The position numbers and the translations under genes were made by a program. DNA of 64,000 nucleotides from an uncultured virus (IMG/VR IMGVR_UViG_3300046517_000572) (Duplodnaviria > Heunggongvirae > Uroviricota > Caudoviricetes), in the IMG/VR virus record IMGVR_UViG_3300046517_000572; one strand, given 5' to 3'. The notes under the pieces were generated by a model, which saw only the letters and a program-made list of their open reading frames with translations, did no database searches and had not been told where the DNA came from. Every line of letters begins with the position of its first letter. The first letter of the stretch is position 1. Positions 45,340 to 55,100 of the stretch are shown here, piece after piece.

Positions 45340-46386
45340 TCAGACCCCCAGCATCTGCGCGAACGCCATCGGGTAACGGATGATCGCACCCCAGGTTCCG
45401 CCGGTCTTCTTCTGCGCGTAGCTCGACAGGCTGCGCACCACATTGTGGTCGCGGCTCTTTTCGTTAAAGCCGCAATAGCCGGTCTTCTTGCCGTCGAACT
45501 CGGCCGCGATCAGTTGGATGACGTTGCCCGCCACCGTCGCATAGCGCGGATCGGAGACGTATTCGATGTTGGGGAAACTCTCCTTGATGAATGCCTTGAT
45601 GGTGATGCCGAACGAATTGATCGCGGTCAGCGCGCCTGCGACCGTGTTCGGATAGATCAGCTTCATCGAGGACTCGGCGGTGATGTAGCCCTGGCTGACC
45701 GACGCGAGTTGATTGAACATCGACTGGAAGTCTTCGTAGATTTCCTCCGCCGTCGCGTTCACCACGCCAGCCGCCACCCACTTCACGCCACCCGCCGTCT
45801 TGGTGCCGGGCGTCAGCGCCGCTGGCAGCGACGGATCGTTGAGGATGCCGTAATTGAGCAATCCCGAGATGCCGTTGTGGTAGGTGAGGTCGAGGAACTT
45901 ATCCAGCGTCTTGGCGGCGGACTGCTGCTTCTCGCTGACCAGTTCTAACTTGGCGGCCCCGGCACGCTCCACCTCCAGATCGCCGTATTCGATGATGGTC
46001 TGGAACAGGTAAGCCTGCCGTTGCTCCCACTGCTCGTTCACATCGGAACGACCGTTGGTATTGTAATCACCATACGAGGAGACCTCGCCGGTGTTTTCCA
46101 CGACCGGAATGAAGATGGTCTGATCGACCCAGGTGCCCTTTTTCTGCTCGCCCAGAATCTCCGCGCCCTTGTTCGGGGCTTGCAGAATGCGGACCACCTC
46201 GGGATCGACCAACTGGGTGAAGAACCCAGGGATCGAGGCGTTCGGTGTGGTGACCAACTGCGGTTGCGCGTCGAACGCAAACGAGCGCAGATCGGCTGGC
46301 ATGTAGTCCATCGCGTATGGAAACACGATGCCCCAATCCCGCTCCAGACGGGACAGATCACTGACGAAAGCGGGACTGCGGTGCAT
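45340..46386 (-). CDS. Major capsid protein (DUF2184 type)
   Basis: AFDAQPQLVTTPNASIP...SSYGD...YGILNDP...GTWGAIIRYP; AGGAGG RBS. Confidence 0.93.
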   Translation of the reverse strand: MHRSPAFVSDLSRLERDWGIVFPYAMDYMPADLRSFAFDAQPQLVTTPNASIPGFFTQLVDPEVVRILQAPNKGAEILGEQKKGTWVDQTIFIPVVENTGEVSSYGDYNTNGRSDVNEQWEQRQAYLFQTIIEYGDLEVERAGAAKLELVSEKQQSAAKTLDKFLDLTYHNGISGLLNYGILNDPSLPAALTPGTKTAGGVKWVAAGVVNATAEEIYEDFQSMFNQLASVSQGYITAESSMKLIYPNTVAGALTAINSFGITIKAFIKESFPNIEYVSDPRYATVAGNVIQLIAAEFDGKKTGYCGFNEKSRDHNVVRSLSSYAQKKTGGTWGAIIRYPMAFAQMLGV

Positions 46387-46426
46387 GATAAATCCTCCTA
46401 CTCGGGGACCACTGTTTGGTTCGCTC

Positions 46427-46939
46427 TCAGCCGAGCGGGGTGTTGCTCATCTTGATCAATTCGCCCGTGGCACCAGCGGTTCCGGCGAACCACTTGGTCT
46501 CGGTGTAACCCGCGACGGTGGCGCCAGCGGCAGCGAACTGCACCTGACCGGTGGTGTTCGACGCGAACGCTTTCATACCGACCGCGACGCTGCCCGCGCC
46601 GGTATTGCGCACCCAGAAATCACCGCCATTGAACAACTCACCCACCGGAAAACCGGCGGGAATGACGAACGATGTCGCGGAGCCTGGGGTGGCGAAATAA
46701 CTGGTGTTCAGGCCATTCATGTTGCGATGCAGGAACCCGGTCGGCGCGCCCGAGCCGGAATTGAGCAACAGCGTGTTGGTCGCGACATCGGCCCAGGCGA
46801 ACCGCGCGATCAGCACGCCGCCCGCACCTGCCTTAAAGCCGCCCTCGTTACTCAGCACCGAGTGACGCGGGTTAGCACTCGCGAAATCACCCTCGACGGC
46901 TGGCGCCTGAGTGATGTTGATGCTTTGCTGAAACGCCAT
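46427..46939 (-). CDS. Capsid decoration / cement protein
   Basis: MAFQQSIN...AVEGDFASANP...GDFW...ETKW; lies between scaffold and capsid genes. Confidence 0.85.
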   Translation of the reverse strand: MAFQQSINITQAPAVEGDFASANPRHSVLSNEGGFKAGAGGVLIARFAWADVATNTLLLNSGSGAPTGFLHRNMNGLNTSYFATPGSATSFVIPAGFPVGELFNGGDFWVRNTGAGSVAVGMKAFASNTTGQVQFAAAGATVAGYTETKWFAGTAGATGELIKMSNTPLG

Positions 46940-46953
46940 GTGCGTCGCCCTCC

Positions 46954-48504
46954 TTAGTGCTTCACGAGGCGGTTGGCATTGGGGAACCGCTCCATGAATT
47001 GCTTGTTGCTGTCATTATCCATCGCGACGATCTGGCGCGGCGCCTGCTGTTCGTTGGGCTTCGGTATCTTCGCCAGCAACGCCTTGTAGGCAGACGGATG
47101 GATGTCGGTGACATCCTCGCCCATCTGTTCCAGCGCGAACTTGTAGACCTCACGCGCGCTGTCCATCGCCACCGCGAGATCACCCACCCACGGACGCACG
47201 AACCGCGTCGCCTGCTCGCGCGCGTCCATTTGCTTGCGAGTTTTTTCGGTGGCTTCCTTGACCGCCTTCGCGATCGCCGCGTCCATCGCGACCTTGGTGA
47301 CCGGCTTTGCATCCATAGCTGCGGTGTCCTTCATAGCGAGACCTGGGAGTTTTGCGGCAACGTCGTCCTCGTCCTCGGCGCAGTCGTCGTCGTCCTCGTC
47401 ACCGACGACACCGTTGTCGTCGTCCTTCTTGGGCGGCGCGGCGGCGGGATCGGCTTCCTTATTGCCGTTGGCGGGCGGCGCTGCGGGATCGGGTTGCTCC
47501 ACCGATTTCAGCGCATGCAGGATGATGGCGAGATCGTTGTCGTCGATCTGGCCTTGCAGGAGTTGCTGCACCTTGGCGGCGAGGTCGTCGTCGCGGGTGA
47601 CCGGGGTCTCGGCAACGCCCGCGTCGGTCGGCGCCTGCGGATCGCCCGTGCCTGCTTCGCCGGGGGCTGCCAGCGCGCCGACATCGTCCGGTGCGCCCGC
47701 GCCCGCGCCGTCGAGATGCTCGTGGATATGCACCTCGGCGTCGTTCGCCATCTTGCCCTTGGTGGCGCGTAGAATCGCCGCCTCGACCGTGGGGCGCTTC
47801 TCTTTCCAGTTCTTCGCGGTGACACCAGCGAACAGCTTGCTGACATCAGGAACCTTCTGGTCCTTCGCCATATAGGGACCGAGATACGCCGCCGTAGAGC
47901 CAGCCAGAAAGGCTGCACGCGGCGACAGAAGCATCTTCATCGCTGTCTCCTTGGGTTTACTGTCCATCACCACGACATCGGAACCGGCCCGCCCGGCCTC
48001 GACCAAAGCCACATGGTTGGCGCGGATGTTGGTCATCACGCCGTCGTATTGCTGACCCTGGTAGTTGCCGGGGGTCATCACCGGGTCGTAGCGATAGGCG
48101 GAACTCAGTTCGCGCATCTCGCCCGACTCGATCATCGCGATCGCGGGGTCGCTCCAGAACACCAGCGAGTTGTCGATGTAGGGCGCGTTCCAGATCGCGT
48201 GCGTGCCGGTGGAGCCGATCACCCGGCCGCGCTGATCGTCAGCGGCGGTGACCGGGATGTGCTGATCGAGGATTTGAATGTTGTTCCAGGTGGACACCGC
48301 TTTTTGCAGTTCCGCCGGATGCCGCAGTAACTGATAGACCCGATAGGGATCGAGGCCGAGTTGCTGATAGCCGGGGATTTCGTTGCCGTTGTAACCATTG
48401 ACGCAGGCTTTGGTCAGATGGCTGACCTGAACGTGCAGGCGGCCTTCCTCGTCGTAGCGCCGCATCGAGCGATCGAATGCCATTGTGATAGAGTCGAATG
48501 GCAT
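46954..48504 (-). CDS. Prohead protease-scaffold (DUF2213)
   Basis: ELSSAY...NHVALVEAGRAGSDV; acidic scaffold C-terminus with AMD repeats. Confidence 0.92.
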   Translation of the reverse strand: MPFDSITMAFDRSMRRYDEEGRLHVQVSHLTKACVNGYNGNEIPGYQQLGLDPYRVYQLLRHPAELQKAVSTWNNIQILDQHIPVTAADDQRGRVIGSTGTHAIWNAPYIDNSLVFWSDPAIAMIESGEMRELSSAYRYDPVMTPGNYQGQQYDGVMTNIRANHVALVEAGRAGSDVVVMDSKPKETAMKMLLSPRAAFLAGSTAAYLGPYMAKDQKVPDVSKLFAGVTAKNWKEKRPTVEAAILRATKGKMANDAEVHIHEHLDGAGAGAPDDVGALAAPGEAGTGDPQAPTDAGVAETPVTRDDDLAAKVQQLLQGQIDDNDLAIILHALKSVEQPDPAAPPANGNKEADPAAAPPKKDDDNGVVGDEDDDDCAEDEDDVAAKLPGLAMKDTAAMDAKPVTKVAMDAAIAKAVKEATEKTRKQMDAREQATRFVRPWVGDLAVAMDSAREVYKFALEQMGEDVTDIHPSAYKALLAKIPKPNEQQAPRQIVAMDNDSNKQFMERFPNANRLVKH

Positions 48505-48521
48505 GGCAGACCTCGCGGGAG

Positions 48522-48722
48522 ATGACAGTGATCACGGACATTGACGGCAAGCCGCTCTCGGCTGACTGGATCAAGGACAGCACGCACTGGCGCGGGCGCG
48601 TATTGACCGGGCGCTATCGCCACTGGTGTATCGAGTGGGACTTCCTGCCGGTCGATGAAACCTCGCGGGAATGGCCGTGCCGTTGCGCGCCCCGCCTCAT
48701 GAAGCCGACGCAACCAGGATGA
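48522..48722 (+). CDS. Small Cys/His protein, antisense to the late operon
   Basis: HWCIEWDFLPVDET...CRC; fills the gap between two minus-strand genes. Confidence 0.55.
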   Translation: MTVITDIDGKPLSADWIKDSTHWRGRVLTGRYRHWCIEWDFLPVDETSREWPCRCAPRLMKPTQPG

Positions 48723-48761
48723 TCAGGAACGCCAGCGCGAACTCGATAAAAAGCTGTTCCC

Positions 48762-49139
48762 TCATCCTAGGACCGGCGTGATCGTCATCGTCAGGTCGCG
48801 GATATAGAGCCGTCCTTGCAGCGTTTCGTTGACCGTGAAGGTCAGCCAATACGGCACCCCGGCCGACGCTGGCGGCGCGTAGAACCCGACCGTGACGCGT
48901 AAGCCCCGGTCGTCCAGTGTGTTCGGCCACGAGGCGCCCGCGAGGCGCAGATCGTTGCCGGTGATCGCCGTGCCGTCCGCGCGGTAGATGCCGATCGCCA
49001 CCGTCGCGATCGAGGTGATCTTGTCACCGACGATGCCGAGATCGGTGGAGGCATCGATATAGCGCCCATCGACCTCGCCCGCGCGCAGCGGCGGCATGCA
49101 CACGGGACCGGGGGTTGGGGCGCAGTCGCAGCCGTTCAC
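48762..49139 (-). CDS. Fibre adaptor-like protein
   Basis: GTGA-coupled to the giant gene; D.R.ID...GD.I...Y.LTFTV...GRLYIR pattern. Confidence 0.65.
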   Translation of the reverse strand: MNGCDCAPTPGPVCMPPLRAGEVDGRYIDASTDLGIVGDKITSIATVAIGIYRADGTAITGNDLRLAGASWPNTLDDRGLRVTVGFYAPPASAGVPYWLTFTVNETLQGRLYIRDLTMTITPVLG

Positions 49140-52100
49140 AGCACGGACACTCCGACCAGTTGCGGTGGCAGGTAGACGCCCTGCGAGGCGATCTGTTCGC
49201 GCGGCTTGCTGGCATCGGTCTCGATCTGGCCGACACCTCTGATCCGCGCGCTGGTGTGCTGGTGCGATTTCTGTTCGCCGTCGAACCCGACGTGTCCCTG
49301 CCCGGCGATGGCAACGTGCGCCATGACCCGATCATGGCTGCGTTCGATCACATGGCCACGCGCGGTGATCCTGACATGCGCTTCGGCGTGCAGCGTGGCG
49401 CGGACATGCGACACCGTGGCGTGACCGGCGATCCTGACATGGGTCGAGACCAGCACATGAGCGGTTGCTCTGACGCTGCCCGCGCCGCCAAGCTTGGCAT
49501 GCACCGGGAAGGGTGCCTTGCGGTGGCCCGCGACGAACGCACCCAGTCCGTGGATCATGGCCAGCGCGGGCGCCCAAACGCTGCCACGCGCCGTGACGCT
49601 GCCAGCCCCTGTGATGCTCGCCCTGGCGTGCTGCGACCGCGCAGCGTGCGCCGTAGCCCCGCCAGCGCCGTGGATCGCGGCTGCCGCGTGGACCTGGGTG
49701 ACGGTGACGCTGTCCACCCGCAGCCAGCTTGAGCCGTCGATCTGCGCCTCTGCCGAGACCTGACCGATCTGTGACCCGTTCGCCCTGGCCGTGCCGGTGC
49801 CGTGGATCGTGGCGCTTGCTGCCACCAGCACCCGCGTGACGCTCGCCCTGACCGTGCCGACGCCCGCGATGGTCTTGTCCACGTTGACCACGGCAGCGCG
49901 CAGGCCGATCGCCACTATGGCGCCCAGGCCCGCGATCAACGCCTCCGCCGCCACGGTGGCAGCGCGGAACGCATCGGCGCGGACCCTGCCGACACCCGCG
50001 ATCAGCGCCGCCGCGCCGAGCGTCTGGCGGATCGGCGTGCCGTCAGCGGCGACCTGTCCAACCCCACCGATGCCAGCACTGGCCACCGGACGATGGTTGA
50101 GCAGGCCCCTGACCTCACCCTCGCCGTCGAGCAGCGCCTCGGCGTGCCGCCATGCCGTGCCGTGCGCGTCAACCGTGCCCGCACCAGCCACCAGGGCTTG
50201 CCCTGCGGCCCGCACGGTGGCGGTCGCGTAGACGTTGCCCTCTGCCTCGATCAGCCCGTCACAGGGCGGCGCGCGCCTGCCCTGGACATGCACGGCGGCA
50301 GTCCCGGTGATCGTCGCCGCCGCTGTCTGCAAGACCGCGATGATCGTGTCGCGCACCCGCAAGAGACCAGCGCCCGCGATGGTGACGTTGCCGGATTTGG
50401 CCGGGAACGCGGTGGCATACAGCCTGCTGTTTCCGGCGATCGTCGCGGCGCCGTAGCGCACCCGCTGCGACACCGCAGCGATCTGCCCGACGCCCCGGAT
50501 GCGCGCGATAGTCGGATGCGCGACAGCGGCGGTTGCCTGCACGCCGCCGACGCCAAGCAGGCGCGCCTTGACGGCTTCCTTGGCGGCGAAACCGACAATG
50601 ACCGAACCAGTGCCGTGGATCACGGCATGCGCCGCGTGGAACTGATGCAGCCCCACGATGATGATGTTGCCGACGCCCGCCAGCGTCGCGTTGGCGCGTG
50701 CCTGTCCGACGAACGAACTGTCGGCGCTGATCAGCCCCTGGCCGTTGATCCGCGCCGCCGCCTGCACGACCTGGGTGGGCTTTGCCTCGACGCCACGCAG
50801 CGCCCGTTGCGGGGCGCCGATCGGCGGCAGCATCAGCGACGTGACGTTGAGTATCTCAAGTTGCGGTGCGCCGATCCGCAGCGTGATGTCGATCGCGAGT
50901 TCCGAGAGGAACCGCATCAGCATCACCGGACGGGTGTAGTAGACGTTGGCTTCTGAGAATGGGAACGTCGTGACGGTGGAGCAGCGCGCCTGATCGAGCG
51001 GCGTGACGGCATCTGACGGCGTTACGATCGTATAATTATCGGTGATGTAGGTGCCGTCAGCCCTGAACGCCTGGGCATTCAGGTTGAAGGTGATGGGACT
51101 CCTGTCACCGTCGATGACCTTGAGGAACGCCGACAACGCGACGGTGTCATACTGATTGGCGCGGATTTCCTGATTACCGGCGAAGATGACATCAACCACG
51201 AGATCGTTCGTGGTGCCGATCCAATGCACATCGATGTAAGGGATGCCGTTCTCGATGCCGGTGCCCAGGATAGTCTGCGTCAAGCCTGCGGTGCGCAGAC
51301 CCTGCTGCCACCCGACAGGCCACGTCCCAGGCGTGCCAGGAACCGCGCCTTCGGCGCGCGGGTTGGTGATGAAGTTGGTCTTGCCGCCCTGGCCGGGAAT
51401 CGCCAGCACCGGCAATGCCAGCTTGGCGAGTGTCGCGCCGACGCCGCCAGCGCCCGCGATCGTCGCGACACCGGGACGCACCGCGCTGGTGGTCGCGCTG
51501 ACACTGCCGACGCCATCGATCTCCGCCTGCGCCAGCCCTGGCACGCGCGGCATCGCCAGCAAGCCGCGTGACGTAGTGCCTGGAACACCGACCGGCGGCA
51601 GAATTAGCGGCGTGCGAACTGAGCCACGCTCAAGCTGACAGGCGGCGATCCTGATGGTGAAATCAACCGCCCCGGAAGCAGGATAGTTCCACGCTAAAAA
51701 GCCACCACTGACCATCGTCGCGCCAGTGGGCGCTGCTGCGGTGCTGCCGTAAGCCGTCAGTGTCGCGTTAAGCAGTGTGCCGATGACAACGGGATTATTG
51801 CCGACATCGAAATTCGAGACGTAGTAGAACGTCCCAGGCGGGATATTGGCGAGACTGCCGCCCACCAGAGCGAGCCATGCCGTGGTGGTAAACGTGTCGC
51901 CAGCGGCAACGATTGGCCAGTAAGTCGGCTCGACGTGGAGGAACGCATTGCCCGCCACCGCTGTGCCGGAAACCCGCACATCGACATAGGCAAAGCCGGT
52001 TCTCGCATCGACGCCGGTCGCGACGATCTGTCTGGTTACTCCAGGCTGCGCCGGGTTGTCTGATGGAAACCAATAGGTCGGATAAGCACCGCCCGAGCCG

Positions 52101-55100
52101 ATCACGCCAAGCACCGCGCCCTCGGCGCGCGGGTTGCGCACGTAGTTGGTCTGCCCGCCACGACCATCGATCTGCGCGCCGGTCGGTGCGTAGTTTCGGG
52201 CATCGACCGAGAGCGAACCAACAGCAGTGATCCGCGCGCCAGCCGCCGCCAGCGTGTAGGCACTCGCTGTGACGCTGCCCGCGCCGCCGATGGTGACGTT
52301 GCCAAGGATGGTCGGCGCGGCGACGACGGTGTCGGGGATCGCCTGCCACAGCGAGGTGTAGATCGGCGTCGCGGTAGCGTCGGTAATGCGACAGACCACC
52401 GGGAAATCGGCGTTCGGTGCCCCTGGAGGTCTAAACGTGACCCGCTGCCACTGATTGGTCAGGCTGAGATTAGCGCCAAAACCCGGCGGTCCAGGGTAAC
52501 CGCCGCCCTCAGCGTTGATTTGAATGGCCGTCCCGGCCCATCCGGCTGGTATCCATACCATCACGCTGACCGTCAGCGGGATGTAGGGTAACCCAACAGT
52601 TCCGATAGCGCCCGCTTGGTTGGTTCCGACCCCAGATGCGATGTGCTTGAACACCAGCGCGCCGACAGAAGGTGGCACAATGTCGGTCGAGATGACGCAC
52701 GTATTCGTGCCGCCAGCAACAGGGATCGCCTGGGCTGATATCTTGTTACCGTTGCCACCCGCGATCACCGCCCCGGTCGGCACCGCCACAGGCGCGATGG
52801 ACGCTGCTACACTGCCCGTGCCGTTGATCGTGGCGCCGGTCGGGGTGAACGATCCGGGCGCCGCCAGCAAGGCACGCGTGGTCAGCGCCCAGGTTCCAAC
52901 CGGAGGCAGGATCAGCGGCGTGCGAACCGAACCACGCTCTAACTGTGCGCCCGATATGCGCAGGGTGAAGTCAACCGCGCCTGCGGCGTAGACGATCTGG
53001 ATGTAGCCGCCCTGAACTGAGCGGGTGCCACTAGGCGCGACTCCGGTCGTGCCCCATGCCGATGGTATCGCCGTGACCGAAGGTATCGGAATACTGACGA
53101 TAATCTGACCAGTCGGCTGAAACGCCGAGACGAAATAGAGGTTGGTGATGTTGGCTAAGGTTCCGCCCGATACCGACAGCCAGACCGTGTTGATGAACTG
53201 ACTGCCGCCGCCGAATGGAAACGTGCCGTTCTCGACATACAGATAGAACTGGCCGGTTCCTATCGTCGTGCCGGAATAGCGAACATCGATGTAGTTACAG
53301 CCGGTATATGCGTCCAGCCCTACGCCGACGACCTGTTGCGTTAATTGGGCTGGGAGTGAAGCGACATTCCAGGCTGACGGCAGCGTTCCCGGCGTGCCGG
53401 GCGCCGCGTTAATAGCGCGCGGATTGCGGATGTAGTTCGTGGCGCCGCCGGTCCCGTCGATCTGCGCGCTGGCGTTGATCGCGATACCGGGGGCTGCAAG
53501 CAAGGCACGCGTCGAGACCTGGGGCGAGCCTGCCGGTGGCCAGATCGGACTGCTGACCGGCCCGCGCTCCAACTGCGGCGACGCGATACGCAATGTGAAA
53601 TCGATCGCCTGCAATACGTCGTAGTAGACCCAGATGCCCGACTGCACCTGGGTCATCGTCGGGTAAGGACCGATGCCGGTGCCGACCAACTGCTGGTCAA
53701 TCAACGGAGCATTGGTGGGCACAAAGGTTTGCGGCGTCGTCCAACCATAGCTGAGAACGCCATTTGCTGCGTCCAACGCATACGTCATCAAATGGACGCC
53801 GACGTTACCCGCCGAATAGGTCGGGAACGCCCCGGCTTGCAATTTTATATAGACCGAATTGGTCCAGGTCTCGCCGGATATTCCTCGCGTTGTATAGCTG
53901 ACAGTGACCGGATTATATGAAAACGCCAGATTAAAGGCCAGGGAGTTGGTCGGCCCTGTGGTCGTGCCGTATATACGAAGGTCTATATACGATAATCCGC
54001 CCTCGGTGCCGGTCCCAGTGATCTGCCACGCCAGACCCGCGCCCATACTGAGACCGAGCCAGCCAATGGGCAGCGTCCCAGGCGTGCCTGGAACCGCGCC
54101 TTCCAGTCGGGGGTTGTATATCCAATTCGTGGTGCCGCCCTGCCCAGCGATCAGCGCATTCGCAACGGCTGGCGTGGTGACCAGATCGAGGTCGAGGCCG
54201 TAGAACTGATAATCCTGGGCCGAAATTGTCGGACTGGCAGACGGTGGATTAGCAAACGCCGACCACACCGAGCCACCGACGACGCCTCGCAGCGCCGTCA
54301 GGCTTTGGTCAGCCCACATCTGCCCGTCACCGGCTGCGGCAAGGGTCGCGAGGAAATAAGTGTTGCCAACCGTCAGCGTGGTCTGTGGCAGCGCCGTGTA
54401 GTAGAAGATACCGGGTATCGCGCCAGTCAGATCGATGGTGACGGTCTGCACCGTGGTGCCGCCGGTAACATCGTATATTCTGAGCGTGTGGATGCCCGTG
54501 CCACCGATCGGGCAACGAATGCCGATACGATTGAACGTCAGCGCAACAGCGGCTGTAAACCGCACACCGAGATCGCCGCCAAAATCCTGTCGGTTTGCTG
54601 TGCTGGCCGCAACGCCAAAACTTACCGCGAACCGGTTTGGCGTAACATCGCGACCACCGCTGGCGTTGGCGAAGATGCCGCGTTCTTGTGTTATATACCG
54701 CGAAACCGCTGGCAGGATCGGCGCAGTCGGCACCGTGCCGATCTCAAGTTGCTGCGGGCCAAACCGCAACGTGATGTCGATCGGCAGACCGGCTGTTACA
54801 TCGATACGAAAATCGGCAATCACATTAACGAGGAAATCTGGCGGGACATACGCGACAGAATAACGCGTCAGTGTCGCGGTCGGAGTGAACGGCCCAAACG
54901 CCGCACCGAAGCTGCCCGCAATACCAAGACCGCCACGAATGTCCAAGTTTGTAGCGCCAATATTGGCCAGACTGCCGCCGACCATCGCGACGTAGCAAGA
55001 AAAGACCAGGGGCGTGTTGCCGCCGAACGCAGGCATGACCGCCTGATTGTTAAACCCGAGAATGACGCCCGTGCCGGTCGGCGTGCCATAATGGCGCAGA

